DNA of 46,149 nt, filler included, from Catajapyx aquilonaris (taxonomy: Eukaryota): assembly GCA_000934665.2 (NCBI GenBank). It is 2 parts of 2 records of this genome, joined end to end, with 100 filler letters (N's around TTAATTAATTAA, not from the genome) between each part and the next. Parts side by side here need not be neighbours in the genome. Positions count along the whole stretch, not along the records: positions 23,144 to 46,149 come from JYFJ02005771.1; 1 more part is not named here. One strand, written 5' to 3'. The translations under genes and the position numbers were made by a program. This document shows positions 25,094 to 37,299 of the stretch, piece by piece (position 1 is the first letter of the stretch; every line of letters starts with the position of its first letter). A model generated the notes under the pieces. It was not told where the DNA came from and did not search any database. It saw nothing but the letters and a program-made list of their open reading frames with translations.

Positions 25094-28080
25094 CTGGATG
25101 ACTTCTCGGAAGCCTCGCTCCTTTGCGAAGTCTCCAAGGAGCCGATGAGCCTGGGATGTCGGGGCAGAAGATGACCGGGCGAACATGGATCGACGCCATC
25201 TTCTCCAGCGATTCAATGAAATGTCCAGGTCCAGTTCAGAAGTCGACATGGCCTGCAGAAAAAAAACACCAAGAAACGAGTCTAGTTTCCGCACACAACA
25301 AAATGCAGGTGTTGGCAATTTGAAAGGGAATTTTGGCAACCCTATGCATTCTGCAAGTGACCTTTTTGCAAAAATAGCTTGCTGCGCACGTGGCATTAAG
25401 GTGCCTGGCTATTTAGGAAGGAAAAAATGTAGCATCGCAGCACTTGAAAACATTGGTTCCATGCAAAAAAAAACCTTGCATCTCAACATGTCACAATCGC
25501 CATTGCGATCGCTCAGTACGCTGCAAATGTAAACAATGGCGCATATTTGGTACCATTCCAACTGGGGCACAGCGTCTTACAGATTCATAAAGCCTATATA
25601 ATATTAAATTATGATTAAGGTCATAATTTAAACAATTTCCGCCACCACGCCTCCGTTTATCTTTCCATGGAGGAATGATAACCGTAATCAAGCAGCACAA
25701 TCAAGAGTAAACCATGGTTGTTCATTGCTCGTAACAACGTACCGTACATAACTACGTACGAATAACAAGGATTTATAACCAATCACGCAATACGTCCTAA
25801 TTTACTCGGGACTAGCTACGACTGCCGATTGTTAGCAACTTCCAATGTCAATATTTTGTTATGTATGTCCACATGGTCGGTGTGGCCCTACTTGCCCGCT
25901 AGAACATTTTCACTGTTGTCAATTCACTATACGTACTGTACATGTGCTCATGACTAATGTCATGACACAACGCGACTCACGTCGCACTGACAGTGACAGG
26001 TACCCAACTATGAACTGAACCAAAACAATGCCTTACGTTGTTGTGTCCTTTCAGGCCCAGCACACACTAGGACGTCATTGTCATTCCCTCACACCCCCTC
26101 CAAAAAACGAGTGAATAACAATGGATGGGGGACCACTTGTTGTCCCGAGTCAGCAGCTTGTTGCCCTGGGCCGGCCCCGGGCTGTGCTGCCCTCCTTCCT
26201 CCAGCAGCCCATCCCCAGCACAACAGCAGCACACTGGTGGTGCTGCCCGTGCATGATGGTGTGGGCAGGGAGAGGACAGGAGGAGAATAATAACGGGAAG
26301 AGAACGAAAAAAGAACAGGGGGAATGGATGGGGGGGAAGGAAGGAAGGAACGGGGGGAAAGGAAAAAAAGGGAATGAGAAAAAAAAATTTTATAGAGGCA
26401 GCGTGAGTTGTGCTGATCGGGTGAGGGTTTGGAGGGATCGCTGGATTCAAAATGGCTGCCGGATTGTGACGTCAATGGGCGCCCAACATCGGATTTAAAA
26501 TGGGGTTTAAACCAAATTATAAGGGTATATTTTCACATCTGGTTATGAATGTGGTGCTAATAATGCTCGCATGTGTGTCTGTCTTTAAAAAATATATATT
26601 ATAAAAAGATGAGGCAGTAATAAGCCTAATTTTTTAAAAAAAATAATTATTTAGAAAAGTAATAAATTCACACTTTCGAGCATTAACACCGCATTCATAT
26701 TCCCTTAATTTTTTGCAAAATCAGAAAAGCTGTTAGTATGGCTACTAAAAATCGCAATCTCGTTTTCTGTCTACTTTCTGCAGAAAAATTAAAAATAAAA
26801 TTGCCCCCAACTTATTTGCTGGAAAAATCGCTACAAATTGTAGATAAAATGCATTATTTTTTATATTTTAAAAAACACAATCTCTTAAACGTGGTCCAAG
26901 GTGTCCGAATCTTTTCTTAACAAGTCTATATAAGTACGAAAACCATTTTAAAAGTAGGCTAGTACTATAAAAATGTATAAAAAAGTATAGAAATAAAAAT
27001 GAACTAAAATTATAGAAATAAAAATGAACTAAAATATTATAGAAATGATAAATAAGATAATCAATAAATAAAAATGAACTAAAATATTATAGAAATGATA
27101 AATAAGATAATCAACAAATAAAAATGAACTAAAATATTATAGAAATGATAAATAAGATAATCAATAAATAAAAATGAACTAAAATATTATAGAAATGATA
27201 AAAAAGACAATCAATAAATAAAAATGAACTAAAATTATAGAAATGATAAATAAAATAAAAATAAATAAATGAAAATGAAATACAAAATAAATGAAAATGA
27301 AATGCAAAATAAATGAAATAAAATTATAGAAATGATCAATGAAATAAAATTGTAGAAAATGCAACAAAATAATTGAAATGAAAATACAACAAAACAATTG
27401 AAATGAAAATACAACAAAACAATTGAAATGAAAATACAACAAAATGATAGAAAAAATGCAACAAAATAATAGAAATAAAACTACGACACAATTATGGAAA
27501 AATTAGAAAAAAATACAAATAAAAAATACAACAAAATTATATAAATTTATTAAAACCATAAAAGTAGACTAAAACGGTACGAAAAAGTATATGGAAATGG
27601 AATGAAACATCGCGTGTTAAGAATTGCAATTTTTTTTCGTAAACTTCAGAAAATTACATAAAACAAAGTAAAACGTACGCTCTACAATCCCATGCAATCT
27701 AAGCAACCCCCGTAATATCAGTATAAAACAGTGTGATTTACCGGTATGTTCATCCCCTAAGAAGACGCGGAAGCGACAGGTCATACCACGTTGTTTACCC
27801 AAGTACGATGCGGGAATAAACAGGAAGAGAAGCGGCGAATATTTTTCGCCAACAACAATTATTGCATGTGTGACGTTCCCCCCAGGATCTTTTATCAACT
27901 GGCTTACGTGTACACAATGGAAATGACCCACCTTCCGGGGGGGCCCAAGGAAAAGGAGAATGAAGAAGAAGAAGAGAAGGCATGACTCACCTCGTTTTTC
28001 AACCCCCTCAGGCTGACTCCACCCTTGGAAAACCAATAGGGTTAAAGAACGGCGCCATTCACTCTCGGTTCGATCCATTT
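25094..28080 (-). ncRNA. Candidate spliced transcription unit (lncRNA or small-ORF gene)
   Basis: Donor GAG|GTGAGT at 27991. CRE (26467-26474) and GCCATTTT motif followed by a GC-rich segment ending AAC|GTAAGG at 26037. Internal exon 25252-25094 bounded by TTTTTTTTCTGCAG| and CAG|GTAACA. No recognisable protein. Confidence 0.4.
26985..27540. repeat. AT-rich minisatellite (units of about 50 bp and 23 bp)
   Basis: AAAATATTATAGAAATGATAAATAAGATAATCAATAAATAAAAATGAACT repeated, then AATTGAAATGAAAATACAACAAAAC-like units. Confidence 0.9.
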
Positions 28081-29718
28081 TGCGTCATAGGTCATGACGA
28101 AATAAGGGGATGCAGTGGAAAGGGTGCCAGGGAAGAATTTGCAAAGAGAAAATAATATATAAACTGAGACGACTAATACTTTTCATGAAATGAATGATGC
28201 CTTGAATGTCATCTTCAGAGATTATCTACCATATAGCGGATAAGTGGATTTTTTTAAAAAATTGCACAATTCATAGGTGTGGTGCATTTATTAACATTCG
28301 ATGACCGTTAACTGCAGCGACTACATGACAGATGCTATCACTTAATTTTTATTCTATAGTGAAGCTGTTGGTAAAATTTGGCAGAACCTATAATATCAGT
28401 ATGATAGTGGCAATCAAACAACTTTTAATGAGATAGCCCACCGATTTATAAGTAGTACTATTTTCACCTGCACACTCCTGCCACCTTCAAGTTGTGCGAG
28501 AGATAGTGGTACTATCAGGTTGGACAATATCACACGGAGAGAATAAGCCGATTTGGAGAAACATCAGTATTTGTTTTCATGACTCGGAGTATTAACGCCA
28601 CTGTAAACATGCACGTTCAATGGTCTCCTATTCTGTGCATACATCACCCCAACGGTGGACACGCCTGAAAATTGCATGCAAAATTCTGTCCCCTTCCCGC
28701 TTCTCATTGATCTGATCAATCACAATGAAGTGGAGGGAATGTCCCATGAATCACACAACAGCTGTTTGGTCTCGGTTATTTTTAATGTTATAACTTCTCT
28801 TCTTTTTTTTTCCAGTTGTTTACAATAGTCACTAGTACCAGTTCACCAGTCACTTTCTTTTAAAACGTGATTACCACATTTTGCGTTAAGGGTTTGAAGG
28901 GAAAAATGGGTGGGAGGGGGGGGGGGGGCAACATATACACCCTCTTGTCAGTTCGTTAACAAACAATGTTGTTATGTACACATTTTCAAAAAATTAAATA
29001 TGTGGAAAGAGGGGANNAGGGGGTCACAGGGAGGTAGGTTTGAGATCAGAAACGTAGCTCTTTTTTTCCTTCAAAGAGTCGAATAAAAGATTGTTTCAAA
29101 TAATTGCAGGCCCTGAGAGCACATCTTCAAATGGCAGCACAACCGGATGCACTTGATCTACTCAATATACATTTTTTTTTTTCTTCACCTATCAAAGTAC
29201 ATTGAAAAAGGCTAACTAAAAGTTATTTTAAGTGGTACCTGCAAGTTGGGCCTAAAAAAAGAGCCCATTTCATTAAAAAATTGTGTAGGGCAAAATGTGA
29301 GGAGGGAGGTTACTGGGGTGAGGGGGTAAAGAGATAAGTTGGCATAATTGGCACCGTAGTTACGAGGTTTTTTTTTTCTTCATTTTTCCCCCCTGACAAT
29401 TGCTGCACTGGGAAAAAAGTTTTGGGGGAAGTGGAAATATGCCGTATTTTTCTAAAATTGAGGCGAAACATTGGGAAATACTATATTTTTTTAAAATCTT
29501 CTCTCTCTCACTTCTTTCACTCGCTCATTCACGCACACTTTCTCACTCGTTTTTTTTCTTCTCTAACACTCACTACCATGCCACAAATAGCTTAAGTTTT
29601 GGCAAATTTTTTTTTCCCCTTCTTCCTCCTTCTCATACTTTAAAATCTCATTGTTGCCGCAATAACCTGCAGTGTTGTCTCAACAATAAAATTCCCCCTT
29701 GTCCGGGTCCACAGACGA

Positions 29719-32700
29719 TCACATGGAGCGATAAGGACCTTGCATCTTCAAAAACTGCGGAAAGAAAAGAAATTATTCGTCCCTGTGATGCATGGCCCAC
29801 AGATTGTATATCTGTAACATTCTTGCAAGAAAACTTGTTCGTCGTCTTTTAACCCAAGGGTGGAAATAATGTAAAATTAACCTGATAGTTAGCTAAATTA
29901 TGCGACACACAGTAAATGAATCAATGTTTCAGCATTTCCATAGTGACTGCTGACACCAATTCGGCAATAATCTCGTCGTCACTAAATGGTGATGAATATC
30001 GAAAAACAGTGCATTTAAAAATTAATGTGTAGAAAACAGATAATTCAAGATCAAATTATCGGGCCATTCTTTAAAAATTGTCTTTCGGAAATGCTCATGG
30101 TTCTGATAGTACAGCTTTAACTGATGCCTGTTTATTATGATGCTGTCATATCACATCTGCCACAGGCCTTGCTGTGGGGGTATTATTGCAATCAATCATC
30201 CGTGTAATAGACACAGCAGCAACTGTGAGGAAGACATGGACTTGTTTCATCACAATATAATTTGTTAGCTCTCACTTCCATCCTATTTTCTTACAAGCAA
30301 GGCACCAAAAACCGAATGAATTTTATCGAATATTTTTATATGAGTCAATCGAAAGAGACTTTTGAAGGAGCAATAACATTAATCTTTCTATTAATACTGG
30401 CACCATAAACGCTACAGAATATAAATAGTGCTGTTTACATCATTAACATATGTAAACAATTAATAAACATTGATTCTGAACAATTATCATTTTCACTTGC
30501 TTCCGTCCTACAAATAATTTATTCTGAGTGTCTGCATCTTTTTTTCTATTTATCTTACAACTCACACATTTAATCACAATGTAAGTGACTAACCTGGATG
30601 ACTAAAGACGGCCCTCCTGAGACAATCTCAGTTGGTATCTGTGTCAGTGGGCAGTTCTCAATGCTCATTATCTGCAGGTTTGTGCAGAGGGCGAGCTCAA
30701 AGGGCAGATTGTGAAGGTTGGGATTGTCATTTATGTACAGCGACTCCAGGTTTTCCAGTGTGCCAATCTCCTCTGGCATCACGGAGAGATTGTTCTCGCC
30801 TATGCTCAGGTAAGTCAAGTTTGTCAAGTTTCTGTAACGGAATTTCAGAATTACAAAATGTGTCCAAAATCGATTAGCAGTAAATAAATATTCCTGCCTC
30901 TATATACCAGATGAGCTACATACAGAGCAAGCAATGTTCCGTAGCTCATCAGGTACTTGACGTATTTGTAAATTTTTAAAATGAAGGTACATACCCAATA
31001 GCCCTGGGCAAACTGGTGATCTGGTTGGACTGTACTATGAGTTTCTGCAAGTCCCGCAAGAACCCAATCTCATTTGGAAGCACCTCCAGCTTGTTCTCCT
31101 CCAGGTCCAGTACCCGAAGCTTGCGCAGGTTCCCAATGTTCGATGGGATTCTCTGCAATTGACGGAAGCAATGGTCAGATTAATCTCCATGCAGATTCAA
31201 TTTAATTCTTATCACATTTGACACACTCACCCTCAACAGGTTGTTGGACAGTATGAGAACTTCAAGCGACTGCAATGACTGGATATCATCTGGAATCTTG
31301 GTCAGCTGATTGGTTCCCAGATTGAGCTCCACCATGTTCACCCATGCTCCAATATCTGATCCGATGAAACATCATGAGTAATTATAAATGCACGACGTAA
31401 CGTCCGCACTCACCTAGTGGCAGAGACGTGAGCTGATTCTCCTTCATGTTTAGCTTCGTCAGGTTCTTGGCTCTGGAGAAGATTCCGTATGGAATCTTGT
31501 CGATCTGGTTGTGTTCTAAGTTGATGGAGTACACATTGGTGAACTGTGAGGGCCCGCCAGTTGGGTAGGCAGAAAAGGAGTTTCTGGAGAGCGTGATGCT
31601 GGTCAGATTGCACAGGCTAGAAAGCAGGCCCTCTGGCAGCTGAGAGATGGCATTCCCTTCCACATTGAACTCGTCCATGTGAACACAGTTGCTGAGCGAC
31701 TTTGGTATTGCACTTAACCTATTGTACCTGCGGAAGGAAAATAAGAAATTGAAGAACATTCTGCTGCCTTACTAAAAGCAACGTGGCATCGTACCTAAGA
31801 CCTAATCGCATGAGAGCTTTAAGATTGCCTATTGACTCGGGTATGTCAAGCAGCTCGTTGTGCTGCAGGTCAAGTGTTGAGAGCTGGATGCAGTGGCCGA
31901 TCTCCACAGGGAGGTGCTCCAGGTGATTGTGGGACACGTCAAATGTGATCAGGTTCACCAGGCGGCCAATGCCTGCCGGGAGCTCCTTGATCTTGTTTTC
32001 GCGCAAGCTCAACATTGTAAGGCTCTGAAAATAATATCGACTTCAATGACCACAAAAAATTACACAATATCTTTCTAATTAGGTTAGCAAATTTCTGTCA
32101 TGCAATTTTTTAAATCCAGCATTTTGTGATGGTTTAACCAGAAGTTACACTCCGAACCACTTACCGTTAGATGCCTGATCTCTTCACCCACAATGCGAAT
32201 CCGATTAAAGCGGAGAAACAAAGTTGTGAGAGATGTGAGCTTGTACACGACATCAGGAATCTGCAAATTAGAAATCAAAATCCAGGTCAAAAGGAGAATC
32301 CTCTATTATGTGACAATCATACGCAACACTTCATTTTACGGCATCATGTTTGTGCCTAAGTACTGAATCCACTGGATTTTTGTGCGAACTTATTAAGGCA
32401 TGCTCAGAGCGAATAACATCAGCGCAACTGTACATGCGTTCCCTGATTTTAAAAATTCGCTGGAAATAAGTTCAACTGGACTCAAGTTAACGAGCCGACT
32501 CGTACTAGGAATCTTGATGCTTGAGTCAAGTATTTTGTGCTTTCATTTCCTTGACTAGTGGGTATCATGTGGCTTTTCCAATGCGCAACAGCCATTAAAA
32601 GCAGTCATAAACTCTGCGAAGTGAGGCTAGAAATGGAAAGGAATTCATATTGGGCATTTTAATGATTTTCTAAGAGTAAACATGCTCCACGACCAACATT

Positions 32701-33991
32701 TTCGCCGTAAATCCCTATTTTCGGACACATAACAAGGTCGTATAATCGTGGTTTTCTGACCGAAATATCCACAGGATAACGATGCCATTTGGCAGACATA
32801 CTTAATTACTTCACTACTACAACAATTCAGAGCAGTGCAAAATTCTGAACAATCTTCTCGAAAAGTTCTCAACACTTGAACTATAGCACGGTGCCATCTC
32901 AATGTCAAACGAAACCAATTATAAGACAGACGGAGTTCCGGCGAGGTTCAACGGTCCAAAATGACTTCCACCCTGGTATTGATTCCTAAAATAGTCAATT
33001 GTCCCCTACGCTGCAGTATTGACACGCTCAAGGGAAAAACCATGCACAATATGACAGTTGCAGGTGTGAAATGAACCGTCTTTAACAGCTAGTATGTTCA
33101 TCAATCTCAAAAATTTTAATCGCTTCCGTACCTCGTTCAACTTGTTGTGCCTGAGGTCAAGCACCTTGAGTGACCTCAGGTTGGCGAGGGTGTCTGGCAA
33201 ACTCGTGAGAGAGTTCTCACTCAGAGCTAGGGTGGCCAGGTTGACTAGACAGCCTATCTCGGCTGGAAGTGTCGCTAGCTTGTTCCCATACAGGTAGAAC
33301 TCCACTAGGTGAGTCAGCTCCCGGACAGACGACGGGAGTTGTGTTATCTGCAATGGAAATGCCGCAATTTATAAGTGGAAACATGAACCGCCATGAATAT
33401 ACCTACACTAGATTTGCTGAGGTCCAGTCTCTGCGCCGCCTCTTCTTTACACCTGGAGAATTCCTTCGTGACATCCTACATTGAGGAAAATGAGTGATCA
33501 CCTGCTCGCAATGTTTAGCTTGTGAACTTACCAGGTCCGCCTGAATCGGCTTGTTTTTCTTCACAGTAGGCTTGGGCTTGTTTGACTCTGGATGCTTCAC
33601 AGTCACCACTTTTGGCCTGGCACCGTCTCCTCCACCAAGTGAACCGGAGGACAGCTTCTTTTCCTGCAACACAATCTTCCCCTACAAACCCACCGTGAAC
33701 ATCACACACAACACAACACGTAACTTCACACATGATAAGACATCACTTCACCTTGATATTTTCCTTCATGTCTTTTGCCACCGGACCAGACTCGCTGCTT
33801 GCCTCAGGCATCTCTCCTACACTGCCGCTTGGGAGAGCCAGGTCACTTTCGGGCGACCCGGGGCTGCTTTGACCCCCACCCGCCGAACCAGATATGTGGG
33901 AGTTAGATCCCCCTGCTTCACCCTTGTAGTCTGCAAGTCGCTCAGCCGCTGCACTGCTTTCAGTGCTCCTGGATTTCACGGCCTTCTTCAT
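29719..33991 (-). CDS. SHOC2: Leucine-rich repeat protein SHOC2 / Sur-8 (soc-2 homolog), about 617 aa
   Basis: Coding exons 33991-33752, 33663-33532, 33475-33407, 33347-33132, 32260-32165, 32024-31795, 31727-31414, 31355-31231, 31152-30995, 30831-30594 and 29754-29719 are all GT-AG and phase-consistent. Motifs include [14 protein letters not shown], a long LRR array, [39 protein letters not shown] and the C-terminus [19 protein letters not shown]. Confidence 0.96.
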
Positions 33992-34928
33992 GGTACAAAG
34001 AGGAAGCCATAAGGGACAGCATCAAAAGGGGAGATGTGCTCTGCGGCCTCTTTGCAGTCACTGGGAATGTCTATTGGAGAAGAGAGATAGGAAGGGGGAA
34101 TTAAACAACAGATAAGATTGCAAGCGGAGGTATTTCAAGGCTCACTTGCGAATTACAATTGCTGAAGATGTAGAAATGGTCCTTACATTATGCATGGAAT
34201 GATGAAATGCAAGTAGTCGTCAACGTCAACAGAGACTACATTGCTTTTCTAAATAGGGTCTGCCGAATATATTTACATCCGCCGAAGATAAAAGGTCGCC
34301 AGACAATGACAATTAATTCTGACTGGTGTACTTCTGTGAAATGCTTTCATGCTTTGAGGAGACCTCATGTGCAGGTAGGGCTACATCAAGTCATACGCTT
34401 GTAGAAGAGGATGATATGGGCAGCTCCTTTTTATCACCAAATTGCGATAACATTATGGTGAAAGCGGTACTGACAATGATTACCAGTATTGAAACTGATC
34501 GAACTTCACCCAGCACTATCCATCTGTGCCACAAACAATTGTAAAAATCACTCAAAATGCATTCACGATAACCTTCACCAAATTACAAAAAAAACAGCGC
34601 TCCATAAAATCCTTAAGGTCTGGTTCATTAGCAAGTTTTTAAAACGCCATGTTTTCTGCTCACGTTTTTCCAACTCTCAAGGATGAAATCAAGGAAGTTG
34701 TCAGATTTCAGAACCCAGCACGTGTATCGAAAACTTGGGTGAAAAACATGCAAACAAGCGTAAAGCAAAGCTTGCCGTTGCGAAACCGATACATGCTCCC
34801 AATTAAAAACCACCAGCTCGCACCTAATCAAAAGCATTCCATTAACGCTGCTGATTGCTCAACACCATGACGAGCCATTTATTATGCAATTGCTACTTGA
34901 TCTGAATACACACTAGAGCAATACGGTA

Positions 34929-35141
34929 CAGTGAAATCTACCCATTATGAACCCTGGGTACGGAATCCATTGCGGAATATTTTCTGGTTAAGGTGCTAAT
35001 TTTCGCTCTCCCCATTTTCCTCTCTTTCTCACCGGCCAAGAAAGCTTAGTAACGTCCTTGATCTGAATATAGTGGAAACCTATCCATTACAGAAAATTTT
35101 AATAGGGTCCCGTGCGATTCCGTAATACACAGGCTTCACTG
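34929..35141. mobile_element. pogo/Tigger-like MITE
   Basis: TA|CAGTGAAATC ... GCTTCACTG|TA termini. Confidence 0.6.
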
Positions 35142-35441
35142 TATTTCCCCACAGACGATAGGTTACCGCATGTAATATATATCAAGACACATACGTACCT
35201 CTACTACAGTTTCATCAAAAATTACACTTTAAAATAACAATAATAATTAACAACAAGTCATAACAATACAGTATTGCATTGTAATAAAAATGACACTGCC
35301 CATGCTGCCAGGCATGTCCTAAATTCATAAATGATTATACCAATTTAATAAATTAATAATGAATCAATAATAAACAGTTAATACATAAATCAGTAACTAA
35401 TATACTGTAATCAGTAACCAATAATATAAAATAACAAATCA

Positions 35442-35491
35442 TCATCATCATCAATATCACGACATTTCCCTATGAGGGGTAGACAGCGATG
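35442..35491 (-). mobile_element. Extremely 5'-truncated non-LTR 3' tail
   Basis: TSD AAATAACAAATCA at 35429-35441 and 35492-35504. Shares TCACGACATTTCCCT..GGGTAG.CAGC.ATGA and (CAT)n with 13385-13455. Confidence 0.7.
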
Positions 35492-35535
35492 AAATAACAA
35501 ATCAACACTTAATAATTAATCAATAACAAATAGTA

Positions 35536-35879
35536 GGGGAGGCTGAGTGGTGCTGCGGTAATGTACGCGCCCACGGATGTTAAGGTCCCGGGTTCGATCC
35601 CAACCCGGGGACACCCCCTTCATCTCGTGCAGAGTTCAGGGTCACCTCTGGCTTCGTCTCGGGTGGTATTTCCACAGACTAAACCACCCGGGGGAGTTCA
35701 CTAAAAATGGCCACATAAAGACATTGCACTGCATCTTGCACATCCCCTCCTGTCATCCTGCCCGTGGGCCCGGGCGTTACGTATAAAGGCTCCGATGTAC
35801 ATAATAAATAAAGGTCCATGCGGCATACCTCAGATGAGGTCGAGCACTACCCCAGATATTATTATAATATTATTATTAT
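35536..35879 (+). mobile_element. tRNA-derived SINE (family A), copy 2
   Basis: A/B-box head and (TAT)n tail. TSD AATAACAAATAGTA at 35522-35535 and 35880-35893. Head and body are nearly identical to 16468-16918. Confidence 0.92.
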
Positions 35880-35899
35880 AATAACAAATAGTAAAAAAT

Positions 35900-36240
35900 T
35901 AATCAGTGACTAGTGGTAAATAATTAACCAATGACTAATGGTAAGTAATAAATCAGTAACTAATGGTAAATAATTAACAACTAATGGTAAATAATTAATC
36001 AATGACTAATGGTAAATAATTAATCAATGGCTAATGGTAAATAATTAACCAATAACTAATTGTAAATAATTAATCAATGACTAATGGTAAATAATTAACA
36101 ACTAATGGTAAATAATTAATCAATGACTAATGGTAAATAATTAATCAATGGCTAATGGTAAATAATTAACCAATAACTAATCGTAAATAATTAATAAATT
36201 ACTAATAATAAATAATAAATCAGTAATAAATAAATTAATT
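35900..36240. repeat. Minisatellite, unit of about 25 bp
   Basis: AATGGTAAATAATTAATCAATGACT repeated with variants. Confidence 0.9.
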
Positions 36241-37299
36241 CAAGCGTAAATATGTTTTACGTGTTTTATGGACATTTTAAAAGATTATATTCATATGGGG
36301 ATAGGCCCTTACTTCGACCATACGCCATTGTTTTCTTTTAAAGTTTCCCATGGAAATGCCCTCACACAACAATATGAGTAAACAGTGTCAACAAAAAAGA
36401 ACAATGATGTAAGAAACAATGACGCAAGGTCGATGTAATGGCGGGCCACCTATATTGAATATTATCCACCCGTTTGTAACTGTAACAGTTGTTGATGAAA
36501 CTACCTGGTATTAATTTGAAAATATATTGTACTTGGCATGAGCAAGGAAAACTCGTATCCTGACATACTCTGTGGCGTAGGCTACAGGTATCCAGTATGA
36601 ATTGACACTGTACGATATCAATATACTTGATCTTCTTATAGCACCAAGACGCACTCTTCAAATCCTGTTAAGACACCTGAATCTCCCAAGGTTTGATACA
36701 AAAGACTGGTTTTGAGAGCACCTACGCGATTGCAAAAGGTCAGCAAATGAGCTGCTTCCCACCGCAGTGTGGCGTCTCCATAGTAACCCAGGCTGAGATT
36801 TAATTTCACCCCTTGGTCTTACTCTAAAGTGCCTTTCATTTAGCTTCCCTTTTATTAGTCAAGGGCTTCTCGACGACCCCTTCCCTCATCGCAGCCAAAC
36901 AAAAAGAGTTGTCACAGCAACCGAATCGAGAGCTATCTCCCCCTCACAAAAGGCAGCATCTGGGAAAAGAGGGGGGGGGTGGTTGATCTCCATTTGACCT
37001 TTTGAAAGCAGCCAGAACCCAGAAGTACTCTCACTGTTGCAAGCACCCATCGCCTGCTGACAACTTGCGATAACCTGAAGCATGGGCACTGCTGTCACGT
37101 AGTACGTACAATGTGCACGTGGATCATGCCGGAACGACATGCATGCTGGTGACACCAGTACGATACGTTGGTCGTACCGTCACATCCAACCGTTCACTAC
37201 CACCACAAGAAGAGTCATCTGTTGAACAAATCCTGGGGTTGGCACCACTGCCCACATGTCACTGGTGCCAACTTAAGACCTGACATTGATTGGCAACCC

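Noticed and set aside
27179..27442. Hydrophobic F/I-rich ORFs
   Set aside because: Derived from the AT-rich minisatellite.
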